From: Clostridia bacterium
GTDB lineage: Bacteria > Bacteroidota > Bacteroidia > Bacteroidales > 4484-276
Length of the DNA stretch: 64,000 nucleotides
Direction of reading: 5' to 3'
NCBI GenBank assembly: GCA_009928785.1
Contig: SABY01000005.1
Span: 779 to 64,778, forward strand
Shown: one piece after another, positions 55,020 through 64,000 of the stretch
How positions within the stretch are numbered: the stretch's first letter is position 1
Layout: each line of letters begins with the position of its first letter
Program-made: the position numbers and the translations under genes
The notes under the pieces: generated by a model
Database searches by the model: none
Seen by the model: the letters and a program-made list of their open reading frames with translations, nothing else
Told to the model about the DNA's origin: nothing

Positions 55020-56201
55020 CTAATAAGCATGGGATTCTCCGTCAAATTCCTGTGCAGTAATTTTCTTGTTGTTGATGGCGCGCCAGGCAATCACGATATA
55101 AACCAGGACAAAAGGCACCATTAGCGACACGTAGCTCATAGCCGTAAGGGTAAAATGGCTTGAGGAGCTGTTCATAATAGTAAGTGAACTGTTAAGATCG
55201 TAGGTGGAAGGATAAAATGCTGTATGATTGAAGCCTGCAATCAGGAATAGGGCAAAAACTGTGAGCACCGTACCGCCGCCTGCCATCCAAATTCCTTTGG
55301 AGCATTTGCCAAATATGGTTCCGAATAAGCCCCACAGCACGGCCAATACGCCCACCAAAAACAGGGTCAGCACTACCGGCATTGCCAGGAAGTTGTGCAA
55401 ATATTTATACGGCTCCATCTTTACTGTCCAAAACAACGGATCAACACCGGTTTGCGGAACTACGGCAAAGCCATCGCTGGTGAGTAACAGTCCGGTAAAT
55501 AGCAGAAAGAATACCACGAACGGAATCCCATTGATGATAAGTTGGCGGCGCACGCGATCATTGATTGCCTTTTCGTCGATGTCGTTGTCGAGATAGAGAA
55601 TACCCAACACGCGCGCCAGGAAAAACACCGCCAGACCCAGCGAGAGATTTTGAATGTTGAGCGCCGCCTCTAATCCGTGGGCAGGACCCTGCCAGGCCGA
55701 GATGGTAGTAGAACCCGTGCCGAAAATGTTGGTGAGGTTGAGTTTATCAACCGAGAACTCACTGCCGGTAAAAAATGTGGAAACGGCCACACCAATGAGG
55801 ATGGTGCCAACCGCGCCATTTATAAACAGAAAAACTTCGTAGGTTTTTTGTCCCAGAAAATTGTTGGGCTTGGTGCGGTATTCATAGGCGATGGCCTGCA
55901 CGATAAATGCAAACAGAATGATCATCCACACCCAGTAAGCGCCTCCGAAGCTCGTGGAATAAAACAGCGGGAAGCTGGCGAAGAAAGCACCGCCAAAGGT
56001 TACCAAGGTGGTAAAAGTAAATTCCCATTTACGCCCCAGCGAGTTGACAATCATCTTTCGTTCCATGTCGGTTTTGCCCAATCGGAAGATGAGTGTTTGG
56101 CCGCCTTGCACAAAAAATAAAAAAACCAGCAGGCTGCCCAGCAACGAAATGATGATCCACCAATATTGCTGCAATGATAATAATGATAGTGTTTCAAACA
56201 T
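55020..56201 (-). CDS. cydB: Cytochrome bd ubiquinol oxidase subunit II
   Basis: 393 aa with about 9 TM segments, starting 1 nt after the cydA stop. Confidence 0.9.
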   Translation of the reverse strand: MFETLSLLSLQQYWWIIISLLGSLLVFLFFVQGGQTLIFRLGKTDMERKMIVNSLGRKWEFTFTTLVTFGGAFFASFPLFYSTSFGGAYWVWMIILFAFIVQAIAYEYRTKPNNFLGQKTYEVFLFINGAVGTILIGVAVSTFFTGSEFSVDKLNLTNIFGTGSTTISAWQGPAHGLEAALNIQNLSLGLAVFFLARVLGILYLDNDIDEKAINDRVRRQLIINGIPFVVFFLLFTGLLLTSDGFAVVPQTGVDPLFWTVKMEPYKYLHNFLAMPVVLTLFLVGVLAVLWGLFGTIFGKCSKGIWMAGGGTVLTVFALFLIAGFNHTAFYPSTYDLNSSLTIMNSSSSHFTLTAMSYVSLMVPFVLVYIVIAWRAINNKKITAQEFDGESHAY

Positions 56202-56202
56202 G

Positions 56203-57786
56203 TTAGTGTCCTCCTGTCATTCCTTTTTTTATTTGAGTAATCATAATTTTAATTTCGGCGATAAACAGCGTGGTAAAGGTTACGGCGAAGAGCCAAAAGG
56301 TAACCTGTACAGTGCTGGAATCGAGCTGCGACACGGCGGCCAGTGTAGGCATCAAATCCTGAATTACCCACGGCTGGCGCCCCAACTCAGCCAGCACCCA
56401 GCCGGCCTGGCTGGCAATGTAAACCAGCGGAATAGTCCATATCGCCACGTAAAGCAGCCAGCGCATTTTTTCCAACTGGTTGCGCAATACAAAGATCAGC
56501 ATCACTATGAACAGTGCCAGGAAATGACCGGAAAGGATCACCATGAGATGGAACGAATAAAACGATAATGGCACACTTGGCACAAGCCCGGCCAGGTTGT
56601 CATCATTATAGTATCCATAACCAAAATACCGGAAAGTACTTTCTACCCATTCCGGATCGTCGAAGCGCGCACCATATTCTTCTTTCTTTTCGGTGTCGCC
56701 CGCGCGCAAAGCTTCTTTATACATTTTTAGGGTGGTAATGGCTTCTTTGCCACGCTGTATTTTTTCGCGATATGAAAGTACATCTTCGCCGGTGCGAGGA
56801 TTGTGGTAGCCATTCACCAGATTTTTAATACCGGGAATATAGGCATTTGGATCAAGAAAAGTCATGTAGGAGAGCATGTTGGGAATTTCTATTTTGAAAG
56901 CAAAATCGCCGTGTAGTAATTCTCCTTCCTCAGTGGAGGTTGGTGGCTGTTCGAGAAAACCAATGGCGATCAGCGGCACATTGGTGCGTCCTTCCGTTAG
57001 CGCTTCCATAGCGGCAAATTTCATGGGCTGCACCCGTGCTATTTCGCGCGCCGACTCGTCGCCGGTAAATATTAAAAATACGGAACTTACTATGCCAAAT
57101 ACAGTTGCTACCACAATACTTTGTTTGGCAAAAACGGTATTACGCTTCTTGAGCAGAAACCAGGCGGAGATACCAACCACAAATATGGCTGCCAGCACAT
57201 AGCCTGAGGCGATGGTATGCAGGAATTTATTGACGGCAGTAGGCGAAAATAGTATCGCCCAGAAATCGACCATTTCGTTGCGGGCGGTATCGGGATTAAA
57301 AGCCATGCCCACGGGATTTTGCATCCAGGCGTTGGCCACCAGAATCCACAGCGCCGAAAGGTTGGCGCCAATAGCTACCAGCCAGGTAGAAAGCAGGTGA
57401 AAGCCTTTGCTCACTTTGTTCCAGCCAAAAAACATTACGGCAATAAAAGTAGATTCCAGAAAGAAAGCCATGATGCCTTCGATGGCCAGCGGCGCGCCGA
57501 AAATGTCGCCGACAAACCACGAATAGTTGCTCCAGTTGGTGCCAAATTGAAATTCCAGGATAATACCCGTGGCGATGCCGATGGCAAAGTTGATTCCGAA
57601 TAGTTTCGCCCAAAATTTGGTGATGGTTTTCCACTTTTCGTTACCGGTGCGCACATAGATGGTCTCCATGATGGCGATGATAAAGGCAAGTCCCAGCGTT
57701 AGCGGCACAAATATCCAATGAAACATCGCTGTGAGCGCAAATTGCCCTCGTGACCAATCAATGAGGGTTAAGTCAAAATTTTCCAT
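56203..57786 (-). CDS. cydA: Cytochrome bd ubiquinol oxidase subunit I
   Basis: LSRGQFALTAMFHWIFVPLTLG, GWNKVSK, a Q-loop region, and WVLAELGRQPWVI. Confidence 0.95.
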   Translation of the reverse strand: MENFDLTLIDWSRGQFALTAMFHWIFVPLTLGLAFIIAIMETIYVRTGNEKWKTITKFWAKLFGINFAIGIATGIILEFQFGTNWSNYSWFVGDIFGAPLAIEGIMAFFLESTFIAVMFFGWNKVSKGFHLLSTWLVAIGANLSALWILVANAWMQNPVGMAFNPDTARNEMVDFWAILFSPTAVNKFLHTIASGYVLAAIFVVGISAWFLLKKRNTVFAKQSIVVATVFGIVSSVFLIFTGDESAREIARVQPMKFAAMEALTEGRTNVPLIAIGFLEQPPTSTEEGELLHGDFAFKIEIPNMLSYMTFLDPNAYIPGIKNLVNGYHNPRTGEDVLSYREKIQRGKEAITTLKMYKEALRAGDTEKKEEYGARFDDPEWVESTFRYFGYGYYNDDNLAGLVPSVPLSFYSFHLMVILSGHFLALFIVMLIFVLRNQLEKMRWLLYVAIWTIPLVYIASQAGWVLAELGRQPWVIQDLMPTLAAVSQLDSSTVQVTFWLFAVTFTTLFIAEIKIMITQIKKGMTGGH

Positions 57787-57846
57787 TTTCTTTTCGATTT
57801 AATAGTTGAGAGTTTTTTTTGTAAAAATGAATTTGATTGGTATCAT

Positions 57847-58050
57847 TTACTCAATGTCGGTGAGGCGTTCTATCACGTAGTTGCTTCGGTCGGCATCGGT
57901 GCTGAAGTTAGTTTTGAGAAAGTCGGGGAAGAAAAAGAGTTTTAGCACCGCAAACATGATGAAGAGCTTGATGATGATAATCAGCCAGAGCTGCCGTCCC
58001 CAAGTCATCGAGGCAAAGCCGTTGTAATAAAACCGCCATATCCTCCTCAT
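57847..58050 (-). CDS. DUF4492-type small membrane protein preceding cydA
   Basis: MRRIWRFYYNGFASMTWGRQLWLIIIIKLFIMFAVLKLFFFPDFL. The location directly upstream of cydA is typical for Bacteroidota. Confidence 0.7.
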   Translation of the reverse strand: MRRIWRFYYNGFASMTWGRQLWLIIIIKLFIMFAVLKLFFFPDFLKTNFSTDADRSNYVIERLTDIE

Positions 58051-58177
58051 GATGTTGCCTTTGGTGTGCATAATGAATTTAAGATTTTCCGTTGATGGGT
58101 TGGGTTTGTTATTCGATTCCGCACGTGCGATACTCCAAATTCCAGGAATACAAAGCCCGAATAAAATTCAATATTTT

Positions 58178-58231
58178 AAATCCAAAAAAAACAAACCTGT
58201 TACGGGTACGTAAAATTTGTTTTTTGGATTT
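58178..58231 (-). terminator. AT-rich inverted repeat downstream of the HMA lipoprotein gene
   Basis: AAATCCAAAAAAAACAAA-20 nt-TTTGTTTTTTGGATTT. A U-rich run follows on the minus strand. Same motif family as 11725-11790 and 49043-49075. Confidence 0.4.
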
Positions 58232-58281
58232 ATTTGTCATTTGGAATTTAAAAATTGGAGCTTTATTCCTTGAGCACACAA

Positions 58282-58632
58282 TTATTCACCTTCTTTTATG
58301 ACCACAAAATCAATGGCCTCGTAGCCTTTGTCGTTGATAGCTTCCTGCATTTGCGCAAAGCTAACCAATGAAGTGTCGAAAGATACAATAGCTGATGAGT
58401 CGGCGAGGGTGACTTCTACGTCTTGCACACCGGGCAATTGAGCCACCGCCGCTTTTACTGTCCTTACGCATCCTTCGCACGTCATCCCTGTAACGGTGAT
58501 ATGGATGGTTTCGACAGCTTCGGGATTGATGGCAACTGATGCCGCTTCATCACTGCTGGTTTGTTTTTCGGTAGAGGTGCCACAGGCTGCCATCAGCAGC
58601 GCTGCCAGAAAAATGAAATAGACTTTTTTCAT
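58282..58632 (-). CDS. Heavy-metal-associated (HMA) domain lipoprotein
   Basis: MKKVYFIFLAALLMAACG lipobox. HMA motif TGMTCEGCVRTVK. Confidence 0.8.
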   Translation of the reverse strand: MKKVYFIFLAALLMAACGTSTEKQTSSDEAASVAINPEAVETIHITVTGMTCEGCVRTVKAAVAQLPGVQDVEVTLADSSAIVSFDTSLVSFAQMQEAINDKGYEAIDFVVIKEGE

Positions 58633-58862
58633 AATAAATGATGTATTGATTAGATAATTGAACTTTGTTTGGAGGGCTAAAAGTAGAACTATTTCATTGT
58701 CGCCGATAAGCATCTGCTCAAAAATTTACTACTTCGTTTTGTTTTTTATCTTAAAGAACAACCAAAACACTTTCATTTACAAAGTTTTAGGGCTTATTTT
58801 TAAACAATTTTAAATAAACATTTTAAGGGATTTTGGTTTGAGGAGGTAAAATTATCGAAGTA

Positions 58863-58949
58863 ATGAATGAGATCAGTCTAAAAAGTCTTAAGAACCCCTA
58901 AATCCCCTAAAGGGGACTTGTTTTGAGTTTTTATACCGAACTCATGAAT
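58863..58949 (-). mobile_element. MITE-like element, copy 2 (no nested insertion)
   Basis: The reverse complement reads ATTCATGAGTTCGGTATAAAAACTCAAAACAAGTCCCCTTTAGGGGATTTAGGGGTTCTTAAGACTTTTTAGACTGATCTCATTCAT, collinear with 21149-21302 minus the 65-bp insert. Confidence 0.6.
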
Positions 58950-59030
58950 GGTACACTGTTTAGATTCCGGTATTTTGAATCTTGTAATTTGATTTTTTTT
59001 GTCATTTGAGAATTGATAGGGCTTCTGCCA

Positions 59031-59066
59031 CCAGCGGGGTCAATTTGTCAGCCGACAGGCCGCTGG
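59031..59066 (+). promoter_or_regulatory. Nested inverted repeat in the htpG upstream region
   Basis: CCAGCGG ... TGTC-AGCC-GACA ... CCGCTGG, 46-81 nt before the htpG ATG. Function unknown. Confidence 0.25.
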
Positions 59067-59111
59067 CATAGCCTTTGATTTGGCCGGCAAAAATTAGTAA
59101 TTCTGAAAATT

Positions 59112-61025
59112 ATGAAAGAGATACAAAAAGGAAAAATCAACGTACAAACGGAGAACATTTTTCCGATCATCAAAAAATTCCTTTATTCCGACCACGAAAT
59201 TTTCCTGCGCGAGCTTATCTCCAACGCAGTAGATGCAACACAAAAACTAAAGACGTTGGCCACAACCGGCCACTTCAAAGAGGAGCTGGGCGACCTTACC
59301 ATCCATGTGGAAGTGGACAAAAAGAAAAAAACGCTTACCATCCGCGACCGTGGCATCGGCATGACCGCCGAGGAGGTGGATAAATACATCAATCAGATCG
59401 CCTTTTCGAGTGCCGAGGAGTTTGTGAAAAAATTTAAAACAAAATCAGAAGCCGAACAAAATGCCATCATCGGCCACTTCGGACTGGGTTTTTATTCAGC
59501 ATTTATGGTTTCCGATCAAGTGGAGCTTATTACCAAAACCTATAAAAAAGGTGGCGCCACCAAACCGGTAAAATGGGTGTGCGACGGCAGCCCCGACTAC
59601 GAGATGATGGAAGCCGATAAGAAAGAGCGCGGTACTGAAGTAATCCTACACATCAGCGACGACGAGAAAGAATTCCTGGAAGAATACAAAATCCGCGAGT
59701 TGCTCAAAAAGTATTGTCGCTTCCTGCCGGTGCCTATTCAGTTTGGAACCCGCAAAGAGCAGGTGAAAGTAGAAGGTGAAAAAGACAAAGATGGCAACGA
59801 CAAATACAATGAGGTCGAAAAGCCCGATATCATCAACAATACCAACCCGCTTTGGAAACGCAAGCCTGCCGACCTGACCGACGAAGACTACAAGAATTTC
59901 TACCGCGAGCTTTACCCCATGAACTGGGAGGAGCCGCTGTTCCATATCCACCTTAATGTCGATTATCCTTTCAACCTTACCGGAATATTGTATTTCCCCA
60001 AGGTGAAGAAAAATCTGGAGATTCAGCGCGACAAAATCCAGCTCTATTCCAATCAGGTTTTCGTTACTGATTCCGTAGAAGGTATCGTTCCCGACTTTCT
60101 TACGTTGATGCACGGCGTGCTCGATTCGCCCGACATCCCGCTCAACGTGTCGCGCAGCTATTTGCAAAGCGACCGCCGCGTAAAACAGATTTCAAATCAT
60201 ATCACCAAAAAGGTAGCCGACAAACTGGATGAGATTTTTAAAAATGACCGCCCACAGTTCGAGAAGAAGTGGGACGACATCAAAGTGTTTATCTATTATG
60301 GTATGATTTCCGACGAGAAATTCTACGATCGCGCCCGCAGCTTTACGCTGGTCAAAAATACCGAAGGGGAAGCCTTTACCCTCGACGAGTTCCGCGAAAA
60401 AATTAAAGAGAGCCAGCAAGACAAAGACAAAAAAGTGGTGTATCTCTATGCCACCGATGCCGACGAACAGCACAGCTACATCCACACCGCCCGCGACCGC
60501 GGCTATCAGGTGCTGCTCATGGATGGCGTACTCGACAACCATTTTATCAACACACTCGAACAAAAACTCGACGACACCATTTTTGCGCGCGTGGATGCCG
60601 ATACCATCGACAATCTGATAAAAAAGAACGACGACAAGCTGCCTTCAAAGCTCGACGACAAGCAGAAAGAAGCCATCAAACCGGTTTTTGAGCAAGCGGT
60701 TGACAAGGCTAAATTCACTGTCATTTTCGACAACCTTAGCGAGAAAGATTTGCCGGTGCTCATCACGCAGCCCGAATTTATGCGCCGCATGAAAGATATG
60801 TCGGCACTGGGTGGCGGCATGATGGGGATGGGCAGCCTGCCCGATAGTTACAATCTGATCGTTAACAGCAACCATCCGCTCATTGCCAAACTGGCCGGTG
60901 AAACCAACGAAGAGGTGCGCAAGCAGTTGGCCAAACAATTGACTGACATTGCTTTGCTTTCGCAAAATCTGTTGCGAGGCGAAGACCTCACCCGGTTCAT
61001 CCGCCGCAGTATCGAAATTTTATAA
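59112..61025 (+). CDS. htpG: Molecular chaperone HtpG (Hsp90)
   Basis: LYSDHEIFLRELISNAVDA, IGHFGLGFYSAFMV and YSNQVFV. 637 aa. Confidence 0.95.
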   Translation: MKEIQKGKINVQTENIFPIIKKFLYSDHEIFLRELISNAVDATQKLKTLATTGHFKEELGDLTIHVEVDKKKKTLTIRDRGIGMTAEEVDKYINQIAFSSAEEFVKKFKTKSEAEQNAIIGHFGLGFYSAFMVSDQVELITKTYKKGGATKPVKWVCDGSPDYEMMEADKKERGTEVILHISDDEKEFLEEYKIRELLKKYCRFLPVPIQFGTRKEQVKVEGEKDKDGNDKYNEVEKPDIINNTNPLWKRKPADLTDEDYKNFYRELYPMNWEEPLFHIHLNVDYPFNLTGILYFPKVKKNLEIQRDKIQLYSNQVFVTDSVEGIVPDFLTLMHGVLDSPDIPLNVSRSYLQSDRRVKQISNHITKKVADKLDEIFKNDRPQFEKKWDDIKVFIYYGMISDEKFYDRARSFTLVKNTEGEAFTLDEFREKIKESQQDKDKKVVYLYATDADEQHSYIHTARDRGYQVLLMDGVLDNHFINTLEQKLDDTIFARVDADTIDNLIKKNDDKLPSKLDDKQKEAIKPVFEQAVDKAKFTVIFDNLSEKDLPVLITQPEFMRRMKDMSALGGGMMGMGSLPDSYNLIVNSNHPLIAKLAGETNEEVRKQLAKQLTDIALLSQNLLRGEDLTRFIRRSIEIL

Positions 61026-61050
61026 TTCTTTTTTCTAAATAAAAAACTGT

Positions 61051-61098
61051 ACAGGGCGTTACCATTCAAAACATTGGCAACGCCCTGTTTTTGTTTTT
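61051..61098 (+). terminator. Intrinsic terminator after htpG
   Basis: ACAGGGCGTT-18 nt-AACGCCCTGT followed by TTTTTGTTTTTG. Confidence 0.65.
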
Positions 61099-61147
61099 GC
61101 AGGTCGGAATTGTGGTTTTGGTTTTGAAAAAAATAAAAATAGACGAT

Positions 61148-61609
61148 ATGATCAGGACTTACCCCATCAACGCTCAGGCTGAATTGCGTGCACTTAACGA
61201 ACTGGATTTGGCCGACATCAAACAGGCAGTGCTCATCGCTGAGCTCGACACTTCCTGCGAGATAGTAGTGCATGTAGAAGATGTGTGCAGCGGAGATGTG
61301 ATGGAACGTGCCAGCGAAGTTTTTCTGCAAAAAGTAGGACACAAAACCGTAAACCACAACGGCGTACTCTTTTATCTTGCGCTGCGCAATCGAAAGTTTG
61401 CTGTAATCAGCGACACAGCGATAACACAAACTACCTCGCCCAGATTTTGGGAAGCGCTTAAGCTGGAGATGCTCGACTATTTCCGCGAGAATAACTTCAC
61501 CAATGGTCTTATCTACGGCATTGGCCGCACGGGGCAATACCTCAAAAGTTTTTTCCCTTACCAGCACAACGACATCAATGAGCTGCCCGACGAAGTGTCG
61601 ATGGGATAG
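61148..61609 (+). CDS. TPM-domain (DUF477-like) protein without a signal peptide
   Basis: SCEIVVHVEDVCSGDVMERASEVFLQKVGHKTVNHNGVLFYLALRNRKFAVISDTAI fits the TPM fold pattern. Start at MIRTYP (61148), after the htpG terminator. Confidence 0.6.
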   Translation: MIRTYPINAQAELRALNELDLADIKQAVLIAELDTSCEIVVHVEDVCSGDVMERASEVFLQKVGHKTVNHNGVLFYLALRNRKFAVISDTAITQTTSPRFWEALKLEMLDYFRENNFTNGLIYGIGRTGQYLKSFFPYQHNDINELPDEVSMG

Positions 61610-61712
61610 GTGAAAGGTCATGTGCAATAAGATTGGCGCAACTCGCTGAAAAACAATTATCAGGTCAGGAGTTCTCAACTTACTGATCGGCTTCAAAATA
61701 TCGACTCCCGCG

Positions 61713-62399
61713 CTATTGCTCCTGCAGCACTTTCTGAATATCGCTCATCCGACCATACAAAATCACCAGATCATTTTCTTTTATTACCGTTTGTGAATTT
61801 GCCATGGCTTGCATCTTGCGGATTTTTTTGGTGATGCCACGATTGTCTTTGGTGTCGTGCTCATCTACCACATTTAACACAATCACATTATATTTTTTAG
61901 GAAAATCGATTTTTTCGAGCGGCTTGTCGAGAAACGGTTGCGGTAGTTTTGCTTCTACAATGTAATGGTCGTCGGTAAGCTCAAAAGAGTCGATGATTCC
62001 TTTTATGTTGAGTTTTTTTGCCCAGCGCTCGGCAGTCTCTTCTTCGGGATGAACAATTTCGGTAATGCCCATGGCTTTGAGCACGGTTTGGTGCAGCGGG
62101 GTAACGGCACGGCTGATGATCCGTTTTACGTTGTACTGTTTCATCACTGCGGTAGCCATAATGTTGGCACCGGCATCCTCACCAATGGCTATCACCACAA
62201 TGTCGGTGTCCTTTAGCGGGAGGTTGGAGATGGCCTGCGAATCGGAGGCATCCAGGCAAATGGTATGTGCTATTTTGTCTTTGAGCAGCTCTACCTTGCT
62301 CATCACTTTGTCCACGCCAATTACTTCGTGGCCTGCCTCAGTAAGTTTTTCGGCCAGCGACGATCCAAAAATTCCAAGTCCGATGATGATGTATTTCAT
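61713..62399 (-). CDS. trkA: Trk/Ktr potassium uptake NAD-binding subunit
   Basis: MKYIIIGLGIFGSSLAEKL (GxGxxG Rossmann) plus a C-terminal RCK_C-like region. Immediately downstream of trkH. Confidence 0.85.
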   Translation of the reverse strand: MKYIIIGLGIFGSSLAEKLTEAGHEVIGVDKVMSKVELLKDKIAHTICLDASDSQAISNLPLKDTDIVVIAIGEDAGANIMATAVMKQYNVKRIISRAVTPLHQTVLKAMGITEIVHPEEETAERWAKKLNIKGIIDSFELTDDHYIVEAKLPQPFLDKPLEKIDFPKKYNVIVLNVVDEHDTKDNRGITKKIRKMQAMANSQTVIKENDLVILYGRMSDIQKVLQEQ

Positions 62400-62401
62400 A
62401 A

Positions 62402-64000
62402 CTAATTAATTAAGATTCGTTCGGTGGGATAAGTATAATTCAGATGTTTTACCCTGCGCAGCATAGCCACCATGATAGTGAGCATGCTTACGCGTCCCAC
62501 AAACATGGTAACTATTATCACCAGTTTACTGGCGCTGCTCAAAGTTGCTGTTATTCCCAGGCTCAGCCCCACGGTGCCATAGGCCGATATGGTTTCAAAA
62601 ACTACATCCAGTGCCTTTAGCTCCGGATCGAAGCTGGTGATAAGAAAAATGGCTATTCCGATATTAATAATCGAAAGCGTAATGATAGCAAATGCACGGT
62701 GCACCGAGTTAGCAGCAATTTGTTTTCTGAATACTTCTATCCGGCTGCGGTCGCGCGCCAGATTGTAAATGTTGAGAAATGCCAGCGCCAGGGTACTGGT
62801 TTTTATCCCGCCACCAGTAGAAGAAGGCGACGCTCCCACAAACATCAGAAACATTACCACCAGAATAGTCGAAAAATGAAGTGCGCTGGTATCTATTGTA
62901 TTAAATCCTGCTGTTCGGGGCGTGGCAGCACCAAAAAACGCCGTTACCATTTTGCCCCACAAACTATAGCCCGCCATGGTATTGTTGTATTCCAGGATGA
63001 AAATTGAAACCGTTCCCAAAGCAAGCAGAACGATGGTGCTAATAATTACGATACGCGTATTAATATTAATGATCCATGGCCTGTGCCGGGGCGGGCGACT
63101 TCTTAGCTTTGGCAGCAGCCTGTCGAGCAGGAGATGTCGGAGGTAGGTATAAAAATTGAAAAGAATTGGAAATCCCAGCCCACCGGCGATGAGTAAAAAG
63201 GCAAGGATGAGATGCAACGGAAAATTAAAACGAAACACCGTTTCATAAAGGCTGTTTTGTAAAGTAGAAAACCCTGCATTGCAAAACCCCGACACCGCAT
63301 GGAAAACGCTGAAATAAATGCGCGACGATAAACTGCCAAACTGATCAGTAGTAACGCTAAAAAATACCAGCATGGCTCCGGCAAGCTCAATGGCCAGGGT
63401 AAGTATGATAATTCTGCGCAACGTATCGAACACCTCAGCAATCTTGTCGGAGTTGGCCATATCCTTGAGCATAAGCTGATTTTCGTATGTAGCGCCCCCT
63501 TTGAAAAAGTAGCTGAAGTAGCTCGTAAAAGTCATAATGCCAATACCGCCCAATTGTATGAGCAACAGGATAACACTTTGCCCGAATAAAGTAAAATAGC
63601 TTCCGGTATCCACTACGATAAGCCCCGTTACGCACACCGCGCTGGTAGAGGTAAACAATGCATCGATGATGGAGATGCCGCTGTGTGTGGCGTTAGGAAG
63701 AGTGAGTATTATGGTTCCTAAAGTAATGATCAGCAAAAAGCTAATTACAAAAAGCTGTGCCGGATTCACATAACGTTTGCGATAGTTGATGCGGATGGTG
63801 GACGCCTCGCGGACAAAAAGCAGCATAATGGCCAGGTACGTCCATTGGGTCAATTGCAGCAGCCGCAGATCTGTTAATTCTAAAATATCCACTACCAGTG
63901 CCACACAAAAAAACGCCAGCATCGCATCAAAAACCCACACGCTGCGTGGCGGACGCCACTTTTTGCGCAAATAGCGGAATGCAATATTTACAGCCCCCAC
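62402..64000 (-). CDS. trkH: TrkH/KtrB-family potassium transporter (5' end may run off the window)
   Basis: More than 10 TM segments with repeated pore-loop motifs (TSAVCVTGL, CNAGFS, RTAGFN, GTVGLSLG). Confidence 0.85.
   Translation of the reverse strand: MGAVNIAFRYLRKKWRPPRSVWVFDAMLAFFCVALVVDILELTDLRLLQLTQWTYLAIMLLFVREASTIRINYRKRYVNPAQLFVISFLLIITLGTIILTLPNATHSGISIIDALFTSTSAVCVTGLIVVDTGSYFTLFGQSVILLLIQLGGIGIMTFTSYFSYFFKGGATYENQLMLKDMANSDKIAEVFDTLRRIIILTLAIELAGAMLVFFSVTTDQFGSLSSRIYFSVFHAVSGFCNAGFSTLQNSLYETVFRFNFPLHLILAFLLIAGGLGFPILFNFYTYLRHLLLDRLLPKLRSRPPRHRPWIININTRIVIISTIVLLALGTVSIFILEYNNTMAGYSLWGKMVTAFFGAATPRTAGFNTIDTSALHFSTILVVMFLMFVGASPSSTGGGIKTSTLALAFLNIYNLARDRSRIEVFRKQIAANSVHRAFAIITLSIINIGIAIFLITSFDPELKALDVVFETISAYGTVGLSLGITATLSSASKLVIIVTMFVGRVSMLTIMVAMLRRVKHLNYTYPTERILIN

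Overview
This window looks like a chromosomal segment of a Bacteroidota genome. The evidence is several proteins ending in T9SS C-terminal sorting domains, a DUF4492-cydA-cydB arrangement, and TAnnTTTG-type -7 boxes in front of many genes. About 50 protein genes are supported, and most are housekeeping: gyrB, valS, sucD, dxs, typA, htpG, cydAB, sufS/sufE/DUF59, aspartokinase, mazG, rsmE, trkAH, a ClC channel, an NhaC antiporter and thioredoxins. There is also an ECF sigma/anti-sigma envelope module, a hybrid histidine kinase, four complete T9SS cargo genes including a GH13 amylase, and a large N-terminally visible surface protein. A roughly 2-kb toxin-antitoxin islet has decayed toxin genes. 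I found no rRNA, tRNA, cas genes or true CRISPR array.

The unusual part is the non-coding DNA:
- A 1.37-kb hierarchical repeat array (41281-42650) has 22 copies of a 26-nt core, 9 of them closed into long strand-specific hairpins with U tails.
- Three arrays of 7-bp units are present; two of them show only two sequence states, and two end just upstream of TACTTTTG -7 boxes (lysC-like and sucD).
- A 22-bp x 11 array lies in the same divergent promoter region as the first heptad array.
- Two copies of a ~135-nt four-helix element carry a compensatory change.
- Two copies of an ~83-nt long-stem hairpin precede the TA cassettes.
- A ~90-bp MITE-like element occurs twice, one copy with a nested hairpin insertion.

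All calls come from reading the sequence and ORF translations by eye. No database search or folding program was run.
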